From assembly GCA_003599335.1 (NCBI GenBank), contig QZJN01000001.1:6167-70166 (forward strand): 64,000 nucleotides of DNA, in the 5' to 3' direction. Shown piece after piece: positions 47,093-56,621 of the stretch. The stretch's first letter is position 1. The number at the start of each line of letters is the position of its first letter. The DNA comes from Candidatus Parcubacteria bacterium (GTDB taxonomy: Bacteria > Patescibacteriota > Minisyncoccia > SURF-38). A program made the translations under genes and the position numbers. The notes beneath the pieces are model-generated. The model was not told the origin of the DNA. It did no database searches and saw only the letters and a program-made list of their open reading frames with translations.

Positions 47093-47515
47093 ATGAAAGT
47101 TATAATTTCAACGAGAAATCTTTCTTTAACCAAAGCATTGCAGGATTATATTGATAAAAAAATCAATAGCCTTGAGCATTTTATTGAAGCTTCTGCCAAG
47201 TTTAACTCGCAAGCTTTAGCCAGAGTTGAGATTGAAAAAATGACCCAACATCATAAAAAGGGAGATTATTTTAAAGCTTCAGCGATTTTAACTTTATCAA
47301 GTTATCGTTTCAGGGCAGAGAGTTTAGGCCCGGATCTTTACGCGGCTGTAGATGAGTTAAAAGATGAACTTGCTCGGCAGCTGAAGCACGATCGCGGTAA
47401 AAAAACAGCCAAGTACTTAAGAGGCGCAAGGTTTTTCAAGCACATAGTTAAATTTTCTCCCTTAGCTTGGTTTAAAAACAAAAAAGGCCATCGCGAACGA
47501 GAGGAGGGTTTTTAA
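47093..47515 (+). CDS. hpf: Ribosome hibernation-promoting factor (HPF/RaiA family).
   Basis: The N-terminus MKVIISTRNLSLTKALQDYIDKKINSLEHF... is the conserved HPF start. Sits in the conserved hpf-secA gene pair. Confidence 0.8.
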   Translation: MKVIISTRNLSLTKALQDYIDKKINSLEHFIEASAKFNSQALARVEIEKMTQHHKKGDYFKASAILTLSSYRFRAESLGPDLYAAVDELKDELARQLKHDRGKKTAKYLRGARFFKHIVKFSPLAWFKNKKGHREREEGF

Positions 47516-47523
47516 ATCAATCA

Positions 47524-50166
47524 ATGCTGAATTTTTTATTCGGAGATTCAAACGAGAGGGTGATAAAAAGACTCCGTCCAATTGCCGAACGTATTGGGGA
47601 GTTTGAACAAAAAACCGAAAAGTTATCTAATGAAGAATTAAAACAAAAAACTCAAACCTTTAAGGGAAGTTTGAGTTCGGGGATATCTTTGGAAGATATT
47701 TTGCCAGAGGCTTTTGCTCTTGTTAGAGAAGCCGCTAAAAGAACTTTGAAACAAAGACACTTTGATGTCCAGCTTATGGGCGGGGTGGTTTTGCATGAAG
47801 GTAATATAGCCGAGATGAAAACCGGCGAAGGCAAGACTTTGGTTGCGACTTTATCTGCCTATCTGAATTCTTTATCGGGAGAAGGAGTTCATGTTGTGAC
47901 GGTCAATGACTATTTGGCCAGACGCGATAGCGTTTGGATGGGACAGATTTATCATATGCTCGGCCTTAAGGTTGCATGCATAAATCATGACGCCTCATAT
48001 CTTTATGATCCGACACATATTGAAAAACAAGAAGAAAAAGACAAAGAACGCGATATTTTAGGCAGCTTCAAGGTTATATATGAATTTTTAAAGCCGATAT
48101 CGCGCAAGGAGGCCTATGAGGCTGATATTGTTTATGGAACAAATTCGGAATTCGGATTTGATTATTTAAGAGATAATTTAAGTTATGATAAAAACCAAGT
48201 CGTTCAACGGGGACACCATTACGCAATTGTTGATGAAATTGACTCAATTTTAATTGATGAGGCGCGAACACCCCTTATTATTTCAGCGCCAGACGAAGAG
48301 GCCGGCGAGCTTTATCGTAAATTTGCACAAGTGGCTAAGTATCTTAAACCGGGGACCCATTATCTCGTTGATGAAAAACGTCGGGCGACAACAATTACCG
48401 ACGAAGGCATAGAGGAGGCCCAAAGAAGAGCAGGAATTGGAAATATCTATGAAGCTGGGAATATTCGCTATGCCCACCATTTGGAGCAGGCGGTTCGGGC
48501 TGAAGCTTTATTTAAGCGTGATAAGGATTATGTGGTAAGAGATGGCGATATAGTGATAGTTGATGAATTCACTGGTAGGCTTTTGCCGGGCAGGCGTTAT
48601 TCAGAGGGGCTTCATCAGGCTATTGAAGCAAAAGAGGGTGTTAAAGTGCAAAGAGAATCAAAAACAGTAGCAACAATAACTTTTCAGAATTATTTCAGAT
48701 TATATAAGAAACTTTCCGGAATGACGGGTACGGCTTTAACCAGCGCCCAGGAATTTCATAAAGTTTACAATATTGAAGTTGTGGTAATACCTCCAAATAA
48801 GGCCTTGGCGCGCAAGGATTTGTCAGATGTTATTTATAAAACAGAACAGGCTAAATGGCGTGCCGTTGTAGAAGAGATAAAGTTGCGTCAGCAAACGGGT
48901 CAACCTGTTTTGTGCGGTACAACTTCAATTGAAAAAAACGAAAAATTGAGTGCCATGCTTAAAGTTGCCGGTGTGCAGCACAAAGTTTTAAACGCAAAAA
49001 ATCACGAACAGGATGGTGAAATTATTGCTCAAGCTGGCAAAGCCGGCGCGGTGACTGTCGCGACAAATATCGCTGGAAGAGGAGTTGATATTATCCTTGG
49101 GGGAAATCCGGCTTCGGCCGAGGAAGCCGAGCTGGTGAAAGCCGCAGGCGGCCTACATGTTATTGGAACTGAAAGGCACGAAGCCAGGCGTATTGATAAC
49201 CAACTTCGCGGGCGGGCCGGCAGGCAAGGAGACCCAGGTTCATCGCAATTTTTTGTTTCTTTGGAAGACGATGTTATTAGGGTTTTTGGCGGTGAACGCA
49301 TTAAGGGGTTTATGGAGACGCTGGGTCTGCCAGAAGATGTTCCGATTACTCATGGCATGGTTAGTAAGGCAATTGAATCAGCTCAAGCCAAAATAGAATC
49401 TTTTAATTTTGACGCCCGAAAATATGTTCTTGAGTTTGACGACGTAATGAACAAGCAGCGTCAGTATCTTTATAAATTACGTAGAGATATCGTTGAATCA
49501 GCATCGCAAAACCCTCAAAAAATAAAAGAGCTTGTTTTGGAATATATAAAATCTCAAACAAGAAAGTTGGTTGAATTTCACTTTTCTCAAGAGGGAGGGT
49601 TAAACAAAGACGAATTTAATAAGGTTTTGGTTGCTTGGGCAGGAGATCGGGGCTGGCAGAATATAGTTGAGAAAAATAATAGTGATTTAGAAGCGATCAT
49701 AGAAAGACTAACGGAAAAGTTTAATATCTTATATGAACAAAAAGAAAAAGAAGCCGGAAAAGATATTTTTTTTCAAACACAGAAAAACCTTTTGTTGCAG
49801 GTTATAGACACTTTATGGACCGAGCATATAAATAATATGGAGCATTTAAGAGATTCGGTGCGCTTGAGAGCTTACGGGCAAAGAGATCCCCTTGTTGAAT
49901 ACAAAAAAGAAGGACTAGAATTGTTTAAGCAATTAAAAGAAGCAATTCCGGGATTATTTGTGGCAAATATATTTAAAGTAGGAATGGCGAGTGGAACACA
50001 GAAAGCACAACAACAAGCCGTAGGCTATAAACCTGTAAGCCATAAGAGTTCTACGGCTTACGGCTCGACGTCTGTTAAGGCTGGGGACAAAAAAGTTGGT
50101 CGGAATGATCCGTGCTGGTGCGGTAGTGGTAAAAAGTTCAAGAAGTGTCACGGCAAGGGGAACTAG
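47524..50166 (+). CDS. secA: Preprotein translocase ATPase SecA.
   Basis: DEAD-like motor (KTGEGKTLVATL, DEID). PPXD and helical scaffold domains. C-terminal zinc-binding tail CWCGSGKKFKKCHG. Confidence 0.95.
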   Translation: MLNFLFGDSNERVIKRLRPIAERIGEFEQKTEKLSNEELKQKTQTFKGSLSSGISLEDILPEAFALVREAAKRTLKQRHFDVQLMGGVVLHEGNIAEMKTGEGKTLVATLSAYLNSLSGEGVHVVTVNDYLARRDSVWMGQIYHMLGLKVACINHDASYLYDPTHIEKQEEKDKERDILGSFKVIYEFLKPISRKEAYEADIVYGTNSEFGFDYLRDNLSYDKNQVVQRGHHYAIVDEIDSILIDEARTPLIISAPDEEAGELYRKFAQVAKYLKPGTHYLVDEKRRATTITDEGIEEAQRRAGIGNIYEAGNIRYAHHLEQAVRAEALFKRDKDYVVRDGDIVIVDEFTGRLLPGRRYSEGLHQAIEAKEGVKVQRESKTVATITFQNYFRLYKKLSGMTGTALTSAQEFHKVYNIEVVVIPPNKALARKDLSDVIYKTEQAKWRAVVEEIKLRQQTGQPVLCGTTSIEKNEKLSAMLKVAGVQHKVLNAKNHEQDGEIIAQAGKAGAVTVATNIAGRGVDIILGGNPASAEEAELVKAAGGLHVIGTERHEARRIDNQLRGRAGRQGDPGSSQFFVSLEDDVIRVFGGERIKGFMETLGLPEDVPITHGMVSKAIESAQAKIESFNFDARKYVLEFDDVMNKQRQYLYKLRRDIVESASQNPQKIKELVLEYIKSQTRKLVEFHFSQEGGLNKDEFNKVLVAWAGDRGWQNIVEKNNSDLEAIIERLTEKFNILYEQKEKEAGKDIFFQTQKNLLLQVIDTLWTEHINNMEHLRDSVRLRAYGQRDPLVEYKKEGLELFKQLKEAIPGLFVANIFKVGMASGTQKAQQQAVGYKPVSHKSSTAYGSTSVKAGDKKVGRNDPCWCGSGKKFKKCHGKGN

Positions 50167-51755
50167 AGGATAAAGTCGATCTCCACACGGCCTTCTCCTG
50201 CGCGAATTTCCTTGATAATACTGCGTAGAATCAACTTTCGCTCATCCAGCTCCATAGCCGCCCAAGCAGTATCAAAATCTCTCATCGAAGCCACCAGTTT
50301 TTGGATAGAGGCACCTTTTTGTGCGGTCAGGGACGATAGTGTCGCCAAGCGATCCCGCTCCGTGCGGCTTTTCCCAGTTTCCTCTCGAATTTTCTCAATT
50401 CGCGCTTGGTATTCCTCGATCGTGGAAATACCTCTTTCGTAGGCATCGTGTTGGCGCTGTATCTTGATTGGTTCGAGTGCTATCTCTCGCTCTAAGCGTA
50501 CAATCTCTTTTTCTCGATCCTGCTCGTCTTGCCCCTTTTCCTCGTAGACGATCTTTTCCTGAACTTTAGGATGCGAGTATAGGTTTTTTATGTGATCGAG
50601 TACATCAGCTTCCAATCTCGTGGCGCTCATTACTCGTTGTGAGCAAATGCCTTTGTATTTGTAGCCAGTGCAGATGTACTCAAATGTGATCGTGTTTTTC
50701 CAATTTGGATTTTTCTTTGATCTTGAATGGTATCGTTTTTGGTATCCCACGCCATTTCCGCATCGGATGCATTTAGCGAGGCCTGTAAGGAGCCCGTGTG
50801 ATCGTGCAGCTGCCCCGCGTGCGCTTCTTGTGCGACCGTTACGGATCTCTTGAACTTTATTAAATAGAGGCGGATCGATTATTGGTGTGTGGTTTCCATC
50901 GCCAATGTATCCGAGTTTGCCTCTGCGTCGCCACTCTTTTGTTTTCCTATATTCAGCGTGTCGCCAGCCCCACCACACTTTGCCCATGTAGGTTGGATTG
51001 CACAAAATGTATCGAAGAGCGGCTTTTGACCAGTCGCCACCTCTGCGAGCTTTCCAGCCCTTGCGATTCATTTCAATGACTATCTTCCTGTCTCCTATGC
51101 CTCGTGCGTATTCGTTGAAGATATATTTCACCCGCGTGGCTTCTTCTTCGTTCACAACCACTGTTCTCTTGATTCGTGCGCCGTCTAGTTCTCGTTTAAC
51201 CTCGTAACCATAGGGAACTCGGTTTGGAATGCTTCCAGCTTTTGCTTTTCCCAGCTTTCCCATTTTCATACGCTGGATAATTGCCTTACGCTCCATGTCC
51301 GATCTTAGGTCGGACATTGCCTCAACCATTGTTCCCATTTGGTCTTCGTCGGGTTCATACTCACCAGTTGATTTTGGTTCAAAGGGCGTATTGAGGGCGT
51401 AAGTTTGAATGCTTAATTCTTTGAGTTCGCCTCTTATAACGCCAGCGGCATCTTTGTTTCTGGCAAAGCGATCATAATCTTTGACCACGATGAGATCGAA
51501 TTTGTGTTCACGCGCATCTCGCAACATTGACTGAAGACCGTTTCGCTCCTCGGTAAGGTGACCGCTGATGCCCTCGTCTTTGTATTCTTGGATAAACGAC
51601 CATCCCTTTTCGTTGATGCTTTTGTGACAGCGTTCCAGCTGATCGGGAATGGACGCTTTGCCCTGGGCCTGTTCTTGGGTGCTTACGCGAACGTAAATGA
51701 CCGCTCGTAAGACTTGGGGCTTCTTGTCGATATTCGGTTGGGTCAGATTAAGCAT
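50163..51755 (-). CDS. Large serine recombinase (resolvase/invertase catalytic domain, recombinase domain and zinc ribbon).
   Basis: N-terminus AVIYVRVSTQEQ (catalytic Ser). The ~530-aa length, the central recombinase domain, and Cys clusters (CIRCGNGVGY ... CTGYKYKGICS) are typical of phage/ICE serine integrases. Confidence 0.85.
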   Translation of the reverse strand: MLNLTQPNIDKKPQVLRAVIYVRVSTQEQAQGKASIPDQLERCHKSINEKGWSFIQEYKDEGISGHLTEERNGLQSMLRDAREHKFDLIVVKDYDRFARNKDAAGVIRGELKELSIQTYALNTPFEPKSTGEYEPDEDQMGTMVEAMSDLRSDMERKAIIQRMKMGKLGKAKAGSIPNRVPYGYEVKRELDGARIKRTVVVNEEEATRVKYIFNEYARGIGDRKIVIEMNRKGWKARRGGDWSKAALRYILCNPTYMGKVWWGWRHAEYRKTKEWRRRGKLGYIGDGNHTPIIDPPLFNKVQEIRNGRTRSARGAAARSHGLLTGLAKCIRCGNGVGYQKRYHSRSKKNPNWKNTITFEYICTGYKYKGICSQRVMSATRLEADVLDHIKNLYSHPKVQEKIVYEEKGQDEQDREKEIVRLEREIALEPIKIQRQHDAYERGISTIEEYQARIEKIREETGKSRTERDRLATLSSLTAQKGASIQKLVASMRDFDTAWAAMELDERKLILRSIIKEIRAGEGRVEIDFIL

Positions 51756-51846
51756 GGAATTGTGAGATTTTGTCGGGCAACGAACATTATGGCGTTAACG
51801 TCGGGTAAGCCAAGCTCGAGATGTCCACATTGGGAAAACGTTATAA

Positions 51847-52278
51847 TCATTGGCTCCAGCGCGACAGCTTCCTTTGGTTATATGGAGACTTGGTATATGG
51901 GAGTCGATAACACTTTCGACACATGGGCGATTCGAGGTAGGTATGAAAATAGAGGAATTTAACTCGTCGTCCGCAACTGTTGCAGATGAAGTAAAAGAGG
52001 TATCCTCGGCTTCTGCCAAGATTCGATGGAATGCAGTCGACCTTTTGGTGCTTCCAGTAAGGTTGTTCATTGCGAATGTCCTCCAATGACTTGAAAGTCG
52101 TGTTCGCTGGTATGTTCATCAGATCTCTTACTCGTAAGGCATCGAGCTCTGTTTTGATTTCGGTTTGCTTTTCTTCTTTGTTCGATAATTCACGCAAAAA
52201 AGTTCTCAGATAGTCATAGATATCTATCCGTTCGATTAGGCGTTCCTCGTCTGGTATCTGTATTTGCTTAATAGGCAT
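51847..52278 (-). CDS. Hypothetical zinc-ribbon protein co-oriented upstream of the recombinase (possible recombination directionality or accessory factor).
   Basis: 143 aa. Pattern CNSCGRRV...CRKCYR (C-x2-C ... C-x2-C). Lies 91 bp upstream of the recombinase start. Confidence 0.4.
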   Translation of the reverse strand: MPIKQIQIPDEERLIERIDIYDYLRTFLRELSNKEEKQTEIKTELDALRVRDLMNIPANTTFKSLEDIRNEQPYWKHQKVDCIPSNLGRSRGYLFYFICNSCGRRVKFLYFHTYLESPMCRKCYRLPYTKSPYNQRKLSRWSQ

Positions 52279-52818
52279 AATCTCTAATAATTTCTATTGT
52301 TTTCTTTTGCTTTGCTCATAGCTTTCCTAAAAGCCCGTTTGTGAACGTGTCAGGCTGGCTCGCAGTCTTTGGTCGGTTGTTTCTCCGAGACCGCTACCTC
52401 TCACTGTCGGACGGAGTCCCGCTCGGGCTCGCCGCTGATGTTATATCGCCAAGAGGATTAGCCCAACGATATAAGTGATCCCCATAGTGTTTTCTTTTGC
52501 TTACGCTCAAGGAGATTTCCACGGCGTCTCCTCACGCCGAACCTATGAAGTCCGCGCTTTTAATGGCATCCAGAGGGAGGTATATCGCGCGGTTCGCCCA
52601 CCTTCCCCTCCAGCTTTTGTTTTTGATCCCGAGCTTGAACAATCCTTTCCTTTTCTCTTTTCATTACTGCAGGCAAAACGGTCGAGATTGCTTCGGCCAG
52701 TTTGTCTGCAAGGATTGTTTTCTGATCTTGGGACATGGATTAAACAAATAACCACCAGCGCGATGACGTGACGCTGGCGGTTATTTGTTGACGACGTCAT
52801 CGCCGATCGCAATAAAAA

Positions 52819-52845
52819 ACTACGATCTTGTTTTGATCGTAGCTT
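52819..52845 (-). terminator. Rho-independent terminator for the minus-strand gene 52895-53575.
   Basis: On the minus strand: ctacgatcaaaacaagatcgtag followed by TTTTTT. Confidence 0.45.
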
Positions 52846-52894
52846 TCTGTGAAGCGCCCGTCGTATTCCTTTTAGTCGCGACTTACGAGAAACA

Positions 52895-53575
52895 TTATTC
52901 TTTTTGATTGGCTACTTTACGGATGTACCCGCCGCTTAATTCTTTTGTAGTTAGGCCGCGTTTGACGAGAATCCTTGAGACTAGCAAATCTCTTTCTTTG
53001 GTGGTGGACCCAGCTTCTTTTTGGAGTACCCCAAGGTTGGTGCGCCATAGTTCACGAATCGTGCGGTTTTGTTCTTTGTGGGTTGTTTTGCGAACGCGAT
53101 GAGTTTTGTTAATGTTTTTGTTTAGTGTGAGCTCGATCTCTCTCCAGTTCTTTTTTATGAATTCCAGCACCTTTTCTTGTGTGGCATTTCCAAAAAGAAG
53201 CAGTTTTGCTGTGGGTTCGTACATGCCATCGTAAAGATCCTCAAGCTCTTTCGTGGGGGAAAGAAGGGCTACTGGAGACTTCTTCTTCGGCGCGTTTACT
53301 GGCTTTCCGAAGAAAATGTAATCATCAATGAATTCGAAATAGGGCGTAGGCACTTTGTATTTTGTTTTTAAATGTAGTTCTGTTCCGAGGAGTTCAATGA
53401 CGTTTGCTTTCTTATATTCAATCCAGAGTTTTTCTCTGGTTTGGGGATCCATATAACCAGAAGGGGTAATTCCAAGATGTTTCCTCGCCTCGGCAAGATC
53501 GTTTTGGAATTCAGGCTTGAGCGAGAGTTTATAAAAAAACTCCACGCCTGAGTTTATTTCGTCATCTTTCGTCAT
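52895..53575 (-). CDS. Hypothetical protein (element cargo).
   Basis: 226-aa ORF with normal amino-acid composition and no recognisable motif. Has its own terminator. Confidence 0.45.
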   Translation of the reverse strand: MTKDDEINSGVEFFYKLSLKPEFQNDLAEARKHLGITPSGYMDPQTREKLWIEYKKANVIELLGTELHLKTKYKVPTPYFEFIDDYIFFGKPVNAPKKKSPVALLSPTKELEDLYDGMYEPTAKLLLFGNATQEKVLEFIKKNWREIELTLNKNINKTHRVRKTTHKEQNRTIRELWRTNLGVLQKEAGSTTKERDLLVSRILVKRGLTTKELSGGYIRKVANQKE

Positions 53576-53819
53576 ACTTTCACATTCTGCGTAAAATACT
53601 CGTTTTATTCAAGTTTGCCGAGCGGCCGCCTACGCATTTCCATCAAGTTATGGTATTATTTTTACGACAATTGAATATTCGCCTAAACTCGTCGATTTCT
53701 CGGCGGGCATGGTATCAAGACCGATAAAGCATAAAAAACCCGTCATGGGGTTGCTTTATCGGCCGTATGGGGAAACCTGTACGTCTTGCGCAAGCGAGAG
53801 ACCCGTGGCGGGCTTTTTG

Positions 53820-53964
53820 TATGAACATAATAATTTTACTTGTAGCACTAATAGCAATCGCGATCATATTTGGTCGACGACCAGCGCAAGCTATCGTATT
53901 GTGGGGTGGCGGGATTATTCTTGCAGTCATACTGATATATTTTTTCTGGTACTTCTTCTTGTGA
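53820..53964 (+). CDS. Small two-TM membrane protein (speculative).
   Basis: MNIIILLVALIAIAIIFGRRPAQAIVLWGGGIILAVILIYFFWYFFL. Two hydrophobic helices. Confidence 0.25.
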
Positions 53965-54068
53965 TTTTTTGTTTTAGTGATGGAAATGTGGGCATGACAA
54001 AACATGCCATTTTTTGACATGGCGAAATTTTATTGCTATGCTGAAATAACTTTAATCATTTTAAAAGC

Positions 54069-54257
54069 ATGTCAGAGGAAAAACTTCTAACAATCGAAGA
54101 GGTGGCAGAGAAGCTCCGTGTTAGTACACGGACGATTATTCGCTATATCGAATCAGGTCGACTTAAGGCATCAAAAATCGGTGTGTGGCGCATTAAGGAA
54201 TCTGATCTAGCCCACTTCCTTGAGGAGTCGAGCAACGTTAAGCGCAAGAAGAAATAA
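54069..54257 (+). CDS. Excisionase/MerR-type HTH DNA-binding protein.
   Basis: LLTIEEVAEKLRVSTRTIIRYIESGRLKASKIGVWRIKESDL matches the HTH_17 / excisionase-family helix-turn-helix. Confidence 0.65.
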   Translation: MSEEKLLTIEEVAEKLRVSTRTIIRYIESGRLKASKIGVWRIKESDLAHFLEESSNVKRKKK

Positions 54258-54258
54258 T

Positions 54259-56613
54259 ATGCCTGACAAATCCTTATCAGAACGAGATATTTGCACCAAA
54301 TTCATCACACCCGCGATCACGAAAGCAGGATGGGATTTGCAGCACCAGATTCGAGAAGAGGTATCTTTTACCGCTGGACGTATTAATGTCCGCGGAAAGA
54401 CTATTTCGAGGGGAGAGAGGAAGCGTGCCGATTATATTTTGTATTATAAAAACAATCTTCCGATCGCTCTTATTGAGGCAAAAGACGCAAGTCATTCCGT
54501 CGGCGATGGTATGCAGCAGGCTCTCGGGTATGGGCAGGTGCTTGATATCCCGTTTGTATATAGCTCAAATGGTTCGGGGTTTCTTGAGCACGATTTTTTT
54601 AGTGGTTCTGAAAAGGAGATTTCTATTGATGCCTTTCCTGATCCCGCCGAGCTTTATCGCAGATATCGAGAGCAAAAGAAGCTAACCCCAGAAATAGAAG
54701 AGGCGGTTCTTCAGGATTATTATCAGGGTTTAACATCGCATGAGCCGCGATATTACCAGCGCGTAGCAATAAATCGCGCTGTTGAGGCGGTAGCACGGAA
54801 TCAGAAGCGGATTTTGTTGGTAATGGCTACTGGAACTGGAAAGACCTATACCGCCTTTCAGATAATCTGGCGGCTTTGGAAAGCACGGAAGAAAAAGCGA
54901 ATACTTTTCCTTGTTGATCGCACAGCTCTCGCAACGCAGACCATGCAGGGCGATTTTCGCCACTTTGGCGATAAGATGACGAAGATTGAAGGGCGAATCG
55001 CCGATCCCTCCTATGAGGTCTACATTGCTTTATATCAGGGACTCACAAGCCATGAAGAGCAGAATAAGCTTTTTAAACAATTTTCTTCCGATTTTTTTGA
55101 TCTCGTTGTCGTTGATGAGTGTCACAGGGGAAGCGCAAAAGAGAATTCTGTGTGGCGTGAAATTCTCGAATACTATTCCGACGCAACTCAAATTGGTCTG
55201 ACTGCTACGCCAAAAGAGACGAAGGATATCAGCACGCAAGACTACTTTGGGGATGCGGTATACACCTATTCTTTAAAACAGGGAATCGAGGATGGATTCT
55301 TGGCTCCCTACAAAGTTATTCGTTATGTTCTCGATAAAGATATTGAGTGGCGGCCGAATGAATTAGTGCGCGATCAGCACGGAAATCCGATTGAGGATCG
55401 TGTATATAATGCTTCCGATTACGATCGCAACATTGTTATCAAGAATCGAACTAAGCTCGTTGCGCAAAAGATTACCGAATTTGTGCGGGATACTGATCCG
55501 ATGCAAAAGGCGATTATTTTTTGCGTTGATATTGATCATGCCGAACGAATGCGGGAAGAACTGGTAAACGCCAACAGCGAATACGTATCCAAGAATCATC
55601 GCTATGTGGTACGCATCACGGGCGATAATGACGAGGGTAAAAAGGAGATTGAGAATTTCATCAACCCCGAGTCGCCATACCCAGTATTGGTTACAACTTC
55701 CAAGCTTCTAACTACTGGTGTCGATGCTCAAACATGTAAACTCATTGTTCTCGATGCTCCCATAAATTCGATGAGCGAATTCAAGCAGATTATTGGTCGT
55801 GGGACTCGCGTGAACGAGGATTACGGCAAGTTTTATTTCACGATCATGGATTTTCGAGGCGTAACGCGGCTGTTCGCTGATCCTAACTTTGATGGAGAGC
55901 CTGTAAAGATCTACGAACCAGATGATAAGACGACCATCGGGCAACACATTGAGGAAGAAACAGTTGATCCGAGTGAAATTAAAGAAGAGAATCCGCAGGA
56001 GGAAATTTTGATTGACCCTACTCTTGAGGAAGGAGAGAAGAAGGAGAAGGTGGTAGTCACGCGAGGAGTTGAATTCGATGTGGCGACAAAAATGATTCAG
56101 TATATTGACCCTGCCACGGGCAAACTTATTGCAGAGAATCTTACGGATTACTCCAAGAAGCAGATTTTAGGTACGTTGCCATCGCTCGATGCATTTATTA
56201 AAGAGTGGTCTGCCGCGGAGCGCAAAGATGCGATTATTCAGGAGTTAGAAAGCAGAGGTGTGCCGCTGGAAGAACTGCGAAAGGAGATAGGGTTAAATGT
56301 CGATGTTTTTGATTTGGTGCTACACGTGGCTTATAACCGAAAGCCGCTCACACGCTCAGAACGGGTGGCAAACGTGCGCAAAGGGGATTATTTTGCCAAA
56401 TACGAGGGTAGGGCGCGGCAGGTTATCGAGGCATTACTTGATAAGTACGCTGACCAAGGTAGTATCGCCATCGACGATATTGGCGATCTTGAAGTTTCGC
56501 CATTTGCAGAAATAGGGACTCCTGTTGAGATAGTTAATGATATTTTTGGTGGCCGAGAGCAATACTTTGGAGTTTTGAAAACTTTACAAGAAAAACTCTA
56601 CGCACTTAACTAG
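54259..56613 (+). CDS. hsdR: Type I restriction enzyme R subunit (HsdR).
   Basis: N-terminal PD-(D/E)xK nuclease (ICTKFITPAI...GW; IALIEAKD). SF2 helicase motifs I LLVMATGTGKT and II DECHR. The hsdM and hsdS genes lie immediately downstream. Start placed at MPDKS. Confidence 0.8.
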   Translation: MPDKSLSERDICTKFITPAITKAGWDLQHQIREEVSFTAGRINVRGKTISRGERKRADYILYYKNNLPIALIEAKDASHSVGDGMQQALGYGQVLDIPFVYSSNGSGFLEHDFFSGSEKEISIDAFPDPAELYRRYREQKKLTPEIEEAVLQDYYQGLTSHEPRYYQRVAINRAVEAVARNQKRILLVMATGTGKTYTAFQIIWRLWKARKKKRILFLVDRTALATQTMQGDFRHFGDKMTKIEGRIADPSYEVYIALYQGLTSHEEQNKLFKQFSSDFFDLVVVDECHRGSAKENSVWREILEYYSDATQIGLTATPKETKDISTQDYFGDAVYTYSLKQGIEDGFLAPYKVIRYVLDKDIEWRPNELVRDQHGNPIEDRVYNASDYDRNIVIKNRTKLVAQKITEFVRDTDPMQKAIIFCVDIDHAERMREELVNANSEYVSKNHRYVVRITGDNDEGKKEIENFINPESPYPVLVTTSKLLTTGVDAQTCKLIVLDAPINSMSEFKQIIGRGTRVNEDYGKFYFTIMDFRGVTRLFADPNFDGEPVKIYEPDDKTTIGQHIEEETVDPSEIKEENPQEEILIDPTLEEGEKKEKVVVTRGVEFDVATKMIQYIDPATGKLIAENLTDYSKKQILGTLPSLDAFIKEWSAAERKDAIIQELESRGVPLEELRKEIGLNVDVFDLVLHVAYNRKPLTRSERVANVRKGDYFAKYEGRARQVIEALLDKYADQGSIAIDDIGDLEVSPFAEIGTPVEIVNDIFGGREQYFGVLKTLQEKLYALN

Positions 56614-56621
56614 ACTAACTT

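Noticed and set aside
50461-50480. ggttcgag, a tRNA T-arm-like string, near the secA/recombinase junction. A tRNA attachment site was considered.
   Set aside because: It lies inside the recombinase CDS and no acceptor or anticodon stems can be built around it. No convincing tRNA cloverleaf was found anywhere in the window.
52475-52812. Three mutually overlapping ORFs (two plus-strand, one minus-strand, 84-98 aa) in the GC-rich island segment.
   Set aside because: They overlap each other in different frames within a GC-rich stretch where random ORFs are expected. They lie over nested palindromes and have no recognisable motifs. More likely non-coding or decayed.
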